Shown: positions 1 through 9,563 of the stretch, one piece after another
Layout of the letters: every line of letters starts with the position of its first letter
How positions within the stretch are numbered: position 1 is the first letter of the stretch
NCBI RefSeq assembly: GCF_001194135.2
Contig: NC_069001.1
Location: 25,396,663-25,457,219 of the forward strand
Direction: 5' to 3'
DNA: 60,557 bases
Origin: Octopus bimaculoides
Taxonomy: Eukaryota
The notes under the pieces: generated by a model
What the model saw: only the letters and a program-made list of their open reading frames with translations
The model's database searches: none
Told to the model about the DNA's origin: nothing
Made by a program: the position numbers and the translations under genes

Positions 1-32
<32 letters not shown>

Positions 33-57
33 ACACACACACACACACATTAACACA
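1..57. repeat. (CA)n microsatellite
   Basis: Near-perfect ACAC run at the window start. Confidence 0.95.
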
Positions 58-103
58 CATGACCTCATACATGCTCTGCGTACGCACACATACTTACACG
101 CAC

Positions 104-334
104 GGCGGCGAGCTGGCAGAAACGTTAGCACGCCGGGCGAAAGGCTTAGCCGAATTTCGTCTGCCGCTACGTTCCGAGTTCAAATTCCGCCGAGGTCGAC
201 TTTGCCTTTCATCCTTTCGGGGTCGATTAAATACGTACCAGTTACGCACTGGGGTCGATATAATCGACTTAATCCGTTTGTCTGTCCTTGTTTGTCCCCT
301 CTGTGTGTAGCCCCTTGTGGGTAGTAAAGAAATA
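104..334 (+). mobile_element. SINE family A, young full copy with alternative 3' tail
   Basis: Head GGCGGCGAGCTGGCAGAAACGTTAGC, B-box-like GAGTTCAAATTCC, body GTCGACTTTGCCTTTCATCCTTTCGGGGTCGAT; the same body recurs more than 10 times in the window; ends in GTAAAGAAATA. Resembles the tRNA-derived octopus SINEs (OK/OR group); exact family name not verified. Confidence 0.85.
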
Positions 335-2009
335 ACACACAGAAAGATATACAGGTAATAGGTTTACTGATATAAAGGTTTTTAGAAAAATATTCGTGAT
401 ACAATCATAATATTAAGCCAAATCTCTATAACTAAAATTATTGAACATATTAAAGAAACTCTTGAAAATGTGACTAACCTGATTATTATGCTTAAAAGCT
501 TCAGAGAAATCGCATTCCGCTCTTTGCTGCGTTTCTAACATGTATATATTAGTTAGTCCATGTAGAGTTAATTGTGTTTACTGGGTGCCGTTTTCAGTAT
601 TTCCGTTTTAGTTTCGGATATAGAAGTTTTTACAAATTATTCTTCTCTTGTCTATCTAATTGATAATTTTCTTCCTCAATTTGGAAAAAAATTAGCGTGA
701 TATTTTCTCAAATAATTAGATGCTCACTAAATGGAAGCTTTCTAACAGAGGGATTTGCTGATTTACTCTCACCCGGTTCTTTAATGTTTGTCCTGATTGG
801 CTGATACATTTTTCATTGCATTTTCGATATTTGATACAGTAAATGTGATTTCTTTTTTGTATTGCATTTCATGTTTGTATTAACCTTGAATTTCATTCCA
901 TTCTTGAATTATGTTTCCTCCTGTTCAATCAATTGTCACGTTTTTCATTGAGCTACTTCGCTGTCGTTTAGTTGCATTTCAAGAACTTTGCGTTTACTCA
1001 TAATCTTTTAAGATTTGGCTATTTACTTTGGCTCTTAATAATGTGTGACTCTTTAATTATTTTACTTAGATTCGTTCATTGGTGTAGAATTGAAAGTTAC
1101 TTTTTGGCCGAATGTAAAAGTACAGCTTTCTGAAATTGTGAGTGACTTCCAATGAAATATTTTGGTCTATGCCTTTCTTCCCGTTGTGAGGACTTAACTG
1201 CACGTCAGTCAGCATGAGAAGACACTTTTTCTTTGGTTATGGAATGATTGCTAAGATGTTCAATTTTGGATTTGAATGAATATTTTTAGATCTACCGTCT
1301 CATTCGTCCCCTAGAATCTGTAACTATTAAACATATATATCTTATCATATTAGATGTGTTGGATGGCAAGATCTGAAGTCTAAATATTAGTGTACGTCCG
1401 TGTCCTTGCATTAGAAATCTATTGTAATAATCTCATGTTCCTTAATTATCAAAATCTCTGAAAGAAAAAAATTCCCTTTCATTAATTTTCATTATGAATT
1501 AGATTGATTCTGGAATGGTGTTCATTAATTTATATATTTTAATATCCGATATAAATAATGCCGCTTTAGTTACTATTAGATATGACACTGACAGCGAATA
1601 TAACAGATTTCCTGACTCAGCATACGCTTGAGTGTCACGCATATTGCTCTATTCTGATATTGGTTGTATTCTGGTGATACGATTTTCACATTCTTATTAG
1701 CAATTGATTCTAAGCAGTAATAAAGATTCTTTGAATCGTATGAATATACTTTTTCTACAATTGGCTACTCAACTACTTTCTGAGCAACGACAGCAGCATC
1801 AGAGGTCATTTGAACATCGTACAAAGTGAGGCACTGTTAAACCCCTTCAAAACATGTTTTAGTACCTAAATAGTAATGTCATTTTAGAATATGTGCTTAC
1901 CAACGCCAAAAATACCTTTTGAATGTTTTGAGATGTGAAATGGTGTTATAAGTATTACTTATTTAGAAAGGTACTATTGTTTGACCTGTAGATCAGAAAC
2001 TCTACTTAC

Positions 2010-2085
2010 TGCAGAGATGATGGGCTAATAAAAGATGTTTTGACATTTATGGTAAGACATTGCTTTATATAGCTCAGATGAGAAA
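2010..2085 (-). CDS. Candidate internal exon (76 bp), unidentified gene
   Basis: Minus strand: acceptor TTTCCTAAATTTTTCAG, donor CA|GTAAGT, single open frame xSHLSYIKQCLTINVKTSFISPSSLx. No recognisable homology. Confidence 0.3.
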
Positions 2086-2477
2086 CTGAAAAATTTAGGA
2101 AATTTTGTAATTTATGTCATATTGAAGAAAATGATATTTAATACCAACGCTTCCAAATATTTCTCTCTTAGAACCAGCTGTTTTGCTTTATTCGTTTCAG
2201 TGAGAGGGAGTAGAGTAGAGTGGGCTTCTTAATCCATTTCTTGCTTTGAATACCTCCCTTGTTATAACTCCATCTCTTTCTAAAACCACATTCTGTATTG
2301 GTCTCTAGTAATCCAAACACGTTCACATTTCTGACGTCTTCAGGACAAGTCTCCTATGACAATGTCACCGTATATTACTGAACTTTATGAACACTTCTGT
2401 TCTAAGAAAATTTGATTTGCAATGTCACTGATTCAGTGTTACTGTGTTTTCCCAAATCATTGATGTATTCCTGTTAC

Positions 2478-2603
2478 CAGAATATCCATCATATTGAATA
2501 TTTCTAAATGTGTCTAACTGTAGTGTTATCTTTCCTTCAATTTCTTCCATGTTCCTGTCTGATATTATGACTCGAATTGACGTTTCATATAAGACGACAT
2601 TGC
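2478..2603 (-). CDS. Candidate symmetric phase-1 exon (126 bp), unidentified gene
   Basis: Minus strand: acceptor TTTCTCTGCTTCAG, donor TG|GTAACA, length divisible by 3, open frame xNVVLYETSIRVIISDRNMEEIEGKITLQLDTFRNIQYDGYSx. Confidence 0.35.
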
Positions 2604-4132
2604 CTGAAGCAGAGAAATTATTTTCTTGGTGATATGTTACACTATCACATGACGTGAAATATTAATTCCTAACTCTTTATACAGAAAGCTAGCCTTTGCA
2701 CGCATCGCAACCGTATTGGAAAAAATATGCTGATCAGTCTGGAAATAGTCGTCTATTATACAAACCATATTTGAATTTGAACACCAGATTACATGAAAAT
2801 CAAACCTAATGCGGATTTTAAATTTCCTTGGATTTTCAGAAAAATTCCTTTTAGTGGGCTTCTCTCATATCAAAGGCAACTTTTACACCCCAGAAGAAAC
2901 GTGATATTTGTTTTCCGAAATTTAACGTTTTGCACCTGGAAGTAATAGGCGTTAGCAGAAGTCCACTTGCAGAAAACAAGATTTTATGAATATTGTATAC
3001 TTGTTGTGGTGTGTAACTTTGTTCACGAATCATGTTTTACAAATCACTACGCAACCTCTTTGTGAGCAAAGGCGGCAGCATCATAAAATATTTTGGATTT
3101 TATACAAAATAGGCACTACTTAGTTTTAGTATCTAAAAATTTCTTCCGCCTCCTGAGAAAGTGCACCTTGAGATTTTCTGCAAATCACTTTCTGTTCGAT
3201 TAGCTATTCCATCAACAAAACACTAAGAGCATAGCCAGTCTGATCATTGATCTACATATACTTTTACATATTGAATATCGTATCTGATCTCAGAAATAAT
3301 TAAGTCCGGGTAGGAAAGGAAACTGTTTGGAAGTCTGATCAAATTATAACTTTATTGCTAAGTACTGTTACCATTTTAAACGCTTCAAGCATTAAATGCT
3401 TTCTCAGCATCGCTGATTTTTACAGCTTTATATTATATTTGATAGACACTCGGTATAATGTCCAGCAAAATCCCTTCACGAATCCTAATGCGTTTTGCAT
3501 TCACTTTCTGAATTCTCTCTAAGCATATTGAATAAGGGTAATGCACAACGAACTATGTTGCGTCCTTCGTTAAATTTAACAACTTCGTTAAATTTAACAA
3601 CAAGCATGAAACATTAACCATGAATAGCAAATTTGTGAGATCTTTCAAAATTCAGAAATTCAGATTTGCTTGTGTTCTACTTTCGTGTACTAGAATACAA
3701 ATAAGAAAGAAAAAAAGGTATGGAAGATATGTGTTGAAAGTAGGTGTCGTCTACTGTAAGGAAGTATTGTATGAATATAATTAGTGATAGAGATAAGGAT
3801 GAAAATGTTGAGAAGTATATGAAACCGAGGTGAGATGATTTACATGCAAGTAAAAAAGAGCTTTGTCAGCAAGAATGTTGAAAGCAATGCACAATATGAT
3901 GTGGGTAAAGATAATTATGTTCAACGGAAAGAAAAACATTTTGTAAAAAGTCTTCACAGGGAGAAAATAAACAAATCTGAGTAATCGCATTTGATGGTTT
4001 TCAACAACAATATTTTAAGGTGAACGGAAATAGGAAAATGATGGAAAATGATGGATGGTGTGAGCAGATATATTCAAGAATCATATTGGAACAGACTCTC
4101 GCCTATTGTTAATGGCAGAAACTGATATAGGT

Positions 4133-4250
<118 letters not shown>

Positions 4251-4571
4251 NNNNNNNNNNNNNNNNNNNNNNNNNNNNNNNNNNNNNNNNNNNNNNNNNN
4301 NNNNNNNNNNNNNNNNNNNNNNNNNNNNNNNNNNNNNNNNNNNNNNNNNNNNNNNNNNNNNNNNNNNNNNNNNNNNNNNNNNNNNNNNNNNNNNNNNNNN
4401 NNNNNNNNNNNNNNNNNNNNNNNNNNNNNNNNNNNNNNNNNNNNNNNNNNNNNNNNNNNNNNNNNNNNNNNNNNNNNNNNNNNNNNNNNNNNNNNNNNNN
4501 NNNNNNNNNNNNNNNNNNNNNNNNNNNNNNNNNNNNNNNNNNNNNNNNNNNNNNNNNNNNNNNNNNNNNNN
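4251..4571. other. Assembly gap (N run)
   Basis: N bases. Other gaps: 20213-20222, 29895-29934, 53065-53074, 53603-53702, 55433-56081; nearly all abut microsatellites. Confidence 1.
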
Positions 4572-4599
4572 ATATATATATATATATATATACATACAT

Positions 4600-4764
4600 A
4601 GGATGAGCTTTTTTCAGTTTCTCTCTACTAAATCCACTCACAAGGCTTTGGTCGGCTCGAGGCTATAGTAAAAGAAACTTGCCCAAGGTGCCACGCAGTC
4701 GGACTGAACCCGGAACCATATAGTATGCAATCAAGCTACTTACCATATACCCACACCTGCACCT
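4600..4764 (-). mobile_element. SINE family B, 5' head/core
   Basis: Plus-strand text AAATCCACTCACAAGGCTTTGGTCGGCTCGAGGCTATAGT...TTGCCCAAGGTGCCACGCAGT matches the full copies at 27596, 35050 and 45156. Confidence 0.85.
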
Positions 4765-4766
4765 AA

Positions 4767-5014
4767 AATTAACGTGAAAGTGTCTGAGCACTCCACGAAC
4801 ACGTGTACACTTAATATAGTTCTCAATGAGATTCAGTACGACACAGAATGTGACAAGGCCAGCCCTTTGAAATACAGGTACAACACATTTTGCCACCTGA
4901 GTGGACTGGAGCAATGTGAAATAAATTGTCTTGCTCAAGGATTCAACGTATTGCTGGCAATTGAACTGAAGATCTTACGATCGTACGCCGAATGCCCTAA
5001 CCACTAAGCCACGC
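4767..5014 (-). mobile_element. SINE family C' (tRNA head, 3' body shared with family C)
   Basis: Minus-strand A box TGGCTTAGTGG (5001-5011); 4767-4885 is the reverse complement of the 3' body of the SINE at 12165-12542. Confidence 0.8.
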
Positions 5015-5017
5015 ATA

Positions 5018-5184
5018 TAGGCGCATTAGTAAACATGTGGCAAGAAGCTTGCTTCCCAAGCACATGGTTCCACGTTCAGTCTCACTGCATGGCACCTTGA
5101 GCAAGTGTCTTCTGCTATAGCCTCGGGCCGACTAAAACCCTGTGCGTGGATTTGGTAGGCGGAAACTGAAGGAATCTCGTGTGC

Positions 5185-5238
<54 letters not shown>

Positions 5239-5400
5239 CTCTGTATGTCTGTTCCCCTATCACCACTTGAAAACCGTTGTTGATGTGTATACGTTCCCAT
5301 AACTTAGTGGTTTGGCAGAAGCGACCGATGGAATAAGTGCCAAGCTTTAAAAATTTTACCGAGGTCGATTCATTCGACTAACCTAATGACTGAAAAGACA
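5018..5400 (+). mobile_element. SINE family B, near full length, with internal (TA)n(GT)n
   Basis: Head, core GGCACCTTGAGCAAGTGTCTTCTGCTATAGCCTCGGGCCGAC, internal microsatellite, 3' part ending GGTCGATTCATTCGACT...ATGACTGAAAAG. Confidence 0.85.
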
Positions 5401-5547
5401 CCTATATATATATATATATCATCGTTTGTAAGTCGTTACGTTCCTTTCATCTGCTCAGCACTGGGGTGGTTGTAACTGATATGCCTTACTAAAATGCTAG
5501 TCTTGCGGCCAAAACTCCTAAAGACATCGTTTTTAAATCGACCGGCT

Positions 5548-5725
5548 CTTTTCGTTCTGAGATTAAATTCGGACGAGATCAGCTTTACAATTCTTTCTTC
5601 GAGGTCGATACGATAAGTACCAGTTTCAGGACTGGAATCCATGTAATCGATTTACACCCACTCCAAAAAAAAAAAAAAAAAAAAAAAATACTTGTCTGGT
5701 TCTAAAATGTTAAACCATTATTACC
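5548..5725 (+). mobile_element. SINE family A, 5'-truncated, degraded
   Basis: GTTCTGAGATTAAATTC...GAGGTCGATACGATAAGTACCAGT...GTAATCGATTT, with an internal poly-A run. Confidence 0.6.
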
Positions 5726-6099
5726 ATTTGAAAAATTGTATCAAGTTACCCAAATTTCTTTAAGGTCAGCCATAAGTTGTATTTTGAAATTAGTCGCCGT
5801 TCTTTACAATTTCCAAAGGTGCTCAATGGCGACACCATTCTCCATTAAAGAACCGACAATTGCTTAACAGGTTCATTGTTCAAATTAGATCAATACAAAT
5901 CTAAATATATCTCCACACGCGAAGAATAATGTGTACATGTAGACAATTCTAAACGTAACGAGCGTATTAATTCGAGTGAGTTGTGTGCAGTCCAACCACG
6001 ACCATCACCACCACATTCGTAGGTGTGTGTGTATATATTTATATGGCCGTTTATACGTGCATGTATTTATCAAATTCTTAACGCTTAACATTAACATTA

Positions 6100-6520
6100 C
6101 ACGCACGCATACACACACACACACACGCACCCAGATGCATATACACACATGACTCACTCATGCATACACACATACACAGGCACATACGCATATATATATA
6201 TATACATGTATATACATACATATATATATACATATATTTATATATACACATATATATATACAGGCATATATACACACAGGCATATATATATATATATCTA
6301 TACACAGGCATATAAATATATATATATATATACAGGCATATATATATATATATATATATAAATCTATATATCGAGAGAGAAATGAATAGACAGATCGATA
6401 GGTAGAAAGATAGACAGATGTGTATAAGTATTGTGCGCATGCGTGTATGTACGAATGTGTTTGTGTGTTCGTGTTTGTGTACACGTTGATATATGTGTGC
6501 GTGTGTATGCATGTGTATGT
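6100..6520. repeat. Compound (CA)/(TA)/(TG) microsatellite field
   Basis: Direct inspection; source of the YIYI/THTH/CVCV ORFs. Confidence 0.9.
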
Positions 6521-7095
6521 TAATTATTTATACATAGAAGCACGGCCAGTGTCTCCCCACAAACCAAAAACAAACAAAATCGTACTCATTTGCATATGTA
6601 GGTTAAACAGCAAGCAATGCTGACACCTCTAGGACAGCCGTTCTGGAGACAATTCAACGCTAATCACACTGAAAATGTTTTCATTAATGGTTGTCCCTAA
6701 CCTAATTATCGATTCACTGATTAGCAACATTTTATGTTAATTTCTTTATTTTGTTGTTGCTATTGCTATTTTATTTGTTTTGCTTAAAACACTATTGATC
6801 TCTGATTGGGATCATCAACAGTGCTCCAGCCGTGACAATGCTGTTGATATTTCTTGTATGTCGTGAATAGTTTCTGAATATTCGGTTTACGTCTCAGACG
6901 TCTTGGCGAGAATTAAGTGAGATTAGGTTGCTAATTTACAATGTAGAATATCTATGTACCGGCTTCTTTATTGATCTATACAGCTATAAATGTTCTTGTG
7001 ATGTGGTTCCTTGTCCCTAGACCATTACTTTTAAAGGGGACCTATGATCAACAGTATCACAAGCCATGGCAAATTCGTCCTTTTATATAAAATAC

Positions 7096-7296
7096 AATAT
7101 TGATTTCGAACATTTGGCACAAGGCCAGCATTTTTGGGAGTGGGGATTAGTCGATTACATCGACACCTTGTGTTCCACTGGTACTTATTTTATCGACTTC
7201 GAAAAGATAAAATGCAAAGTCGACCTTGGCGAAATTTGAACACAGAACGTAATGAGGTGCGAAATGCCAGCATGCTAACGATTCTGCCATTTGGCT
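7096..7296 (-). mobile_element. SINE family A
   Basis: Reverse-complement family A body with tail AATATTGATTTCGAACATTTGGCACAAGGCC. Confidence 0.8.
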
Positions 7297-7328
7297 ATCT
7301 TCTGTAGAATATTGTATTCTTTACTACT

Positions 7329-7533
7329 CAAAGCCCAAGGCCTGAATTTTGGAGGTGAGGGTGCCAGTCGATTAGATCGACCCCAGTACGCAACTAGTAC
7401 TTAATTTATCGACCCCGAAAGGATGAAACGCAAAGTCGACCACGGCGGAATTTGAACTCAAACCATAAATACAGACGAAATACCGCTAAGCATTTCGCCC
7501 GGCGTGCTAACGATTCTGCCAGCTCGCCTCCTT
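7329..7533 (-). mobile_element. SINE family A, tandem to the previous copy
   Basis: ATCGACCCCGAAAGGATGAAACGCAAAGTCGACCACGGCGGAATTTGAACTC...GCCCGGCGTGCTAACGATTCTGCCAGCTCGCC is close to the reverse complement of 104-260. Confidence 0.9.
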
Positions 7534-7739
7534 ACAGTATTAAAAATATAGACCAACACCTACATTCTTTCACCTTTTCTAACTCTTATAATGACGGCAA
7601 TCAATGATCTTAACATTTTTGTATTTTTCTTTATCTTTATACCCGGTCACTTGTCCCTGTAAAAGCATTCTCTGTGACTGACAACGTTTTTCATGATATA
7701 TATTGTTGCTGTTATAAACATTGTTTTCTTTAGTCGATT

Positions 7740-8090
7740 CCGGCTTCTGCTGCTGTTCATGTTGTTGTTGTTGCTCTTCCTGTTCTTGGTTAGGTTGCGA
7801 ACAATTTTCTTCTTGGGATGTTAGTTTTGCTAGCTTTCCGATTTGTGTCGATTTTCGCTGTGATTGTTTTCGAGTTTTCCTGTCAGGAATATTGTTGTAA
7901 TCCAATCATTCAGCCGCAACAACAACAACTACTACTACTACTGCTGCTGCTGCTGCGACTAGTATTATTGCTGCTCATGAAGACACATTTAACACCACAA
8001 CAACCAACACCACGACTACTAGTAGGAAAACTACCACTGCAGCTCTTAATTCTATTGCCACTCCAATGACCACCACCACCACCACTATAA
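7740..8090. repeat. Mixed trinucleotide low-complexity block (TTG, CAA, CTA, CTG, ACC)
   Basis: Direct inspection. Confidence 0.85.
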
Positions 8091-8209
8091 TATATTAAAC
8101 CTGTGTATCGTGGTTAAATATCCCTATAAATGGTTTCAATATCCTCTTCACATTATCGGCATGAGGTACAGATGAAGACAGCAAAATCAAAGTCCTTATG
8201 CAACAAATG

Positions 8210-8345
8210 GGCCAACATCTAGGACAGAGGCACATACAAGAGTGGTGATGTGGAATACACCAGACAAGAAATCAGCAGACCCACGGTGGTGTTCCAGCAT
8301 GGCCGAAGCTGCAAGGATTGAATGAATGAATAAAAAGAAATGAAT
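8210..8345 (+). mobile_element. SINE family B-type 3' tail fragment
   Basis: GGTGGTGTTCCAGCATGGCCG followed by an A-rich tail. Confidence 0.5.
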
Positions 8346-8885
8346 AAACAATATATATGATGCCGGAAAATAGCGAGCCGTCGAACAAGGGAAAAAAACA
8401 TGACATAAATTAAATAAACAAACAAGAAATAAACGACTATGCAATACAGAAAGTGAACATACAAATATGAAATAAATGTAATTCAGAAAGAGACAATGAG
8501 TGGAAGGATGAGGGACAAAGGCAAAAAGAAGCAAGACTAAGGGTGGACATAGGAACAAACTGAAATAAATAAACTGAATAGGGTCTTAGGTTTAGTCAGA
8601 GACAGAAATATGGTTAACGCCAGGAGGAATATCCTAAAGGATTTATAGATAGGACAATTGAGAGACAGCAAAACGTGATGAGAGTAGGAGACGAGAGAAA
8701 AGAAGGTTTTGGTTTCTTCGACAGCCCCTGTGAAAAGAAGAGGATGAACGATGTGGATGGCCACGGGTCACGCGTCAAGAATAAGACGGGAAAATGTGGT
8801 AAAAGGCACAGAAAGACATAGACAGCAGAGAGGAGACGCAAAAGACAAGACCACATACATACATTTGTTACTAATACTATACACA

Positions 8886-8928
<43 letters not shown>

Positions 8929-9019
8929 GTGTATTTTGCCCAAGATGACGCACAGTTGGACTGCAGCAGGAACTATGTGGCTGAGGAACAAACTTCTTTC
9001 ATATCAGCCACATCCATCA

Positions 9020-9303
9020 GTTGTGCAGTTGCAGAAGCAATAGCAGCAGAGGTTGTAGTAGTAGTACCAGTAGTAGCAGCGGCAGTACTAGTAGTAGTAG
9101 CAGTAGCATGAGGAGGAGGAGGAGGAGGAGGAGGAGTAGTAGTAGTAGTAGTAACAGCAGGAGGAGGAGTAGTAGTAGTAGTAGTAGCAGGAGGAGGAGG
9201 AAGAGTAGTGATGGTGGGGTTGGTGCTTTTGTTGTTGTTGTTGTGGTGGTGGTGTTGGTGGTAGTGGTTGGTGTTGTTGATTTTGCTGTTGTTGGTGTTT
9301 AGT
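9020..9303. repeat. Mixed trinucleotide block (GTA, GGA, GCA, GGT, GTT)
   Basis: Direct inspection. Confidence 0.9.
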
Positions 9304-9394
9304 GCCATTGGCCTTCGATCAGATTTATGGTACCAGACATTCCCATCTTCACTAAATCACCCATTCATGTAAGATTTTAGCAGAATGCCAAGCT

Positions 9395-9563
9395 ATGTCA
9401 ATTAGATCGATTCCAGTATTCATCTGGTATTTATTTTATCGACCCTGAAAGAATGAAATACAAAGTCGACCTCGGCGGAATTTGATTTCAGAACGTAGAG
9501 ACGGACGAAATACTGCAAAGCATTTGGCTCAGCATGCTAACAACTCTACCGCATTGCCGCTTT
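9395..9563 (-). mobile_element. SINE family A
   Basis: TTTTATCGACCCTGAAAGAATGAAATACAAAGTCGACCTCGGCGGAATTTGA... Confidence 0.85.

Noticed and set aside
59-404. ORFs 59-310 and 180-404
   Set aside because: They lie in a SINE-A copy; the same text recurs throughout the window with stops.
1613-1622. Perfect ARE/MARE motif TGACTCAGCA
   Set aside because: A single 10-mer cannot be distinguished from chance without conservation or ChIP data.
3565-3600. 18-bp tandem duplication containing the palindrome GTTAAATTTAAC
   Set aside because: Typical local slippage duplication in AT-rich DNA; no further structure.
8973-9308. Poly-T/P/A 'mucin-like' ORF and overlapping poly-S/R ORFs
   Set aside because: Trinucleotide repeat open in several frames on both strands; no splice or domain context.
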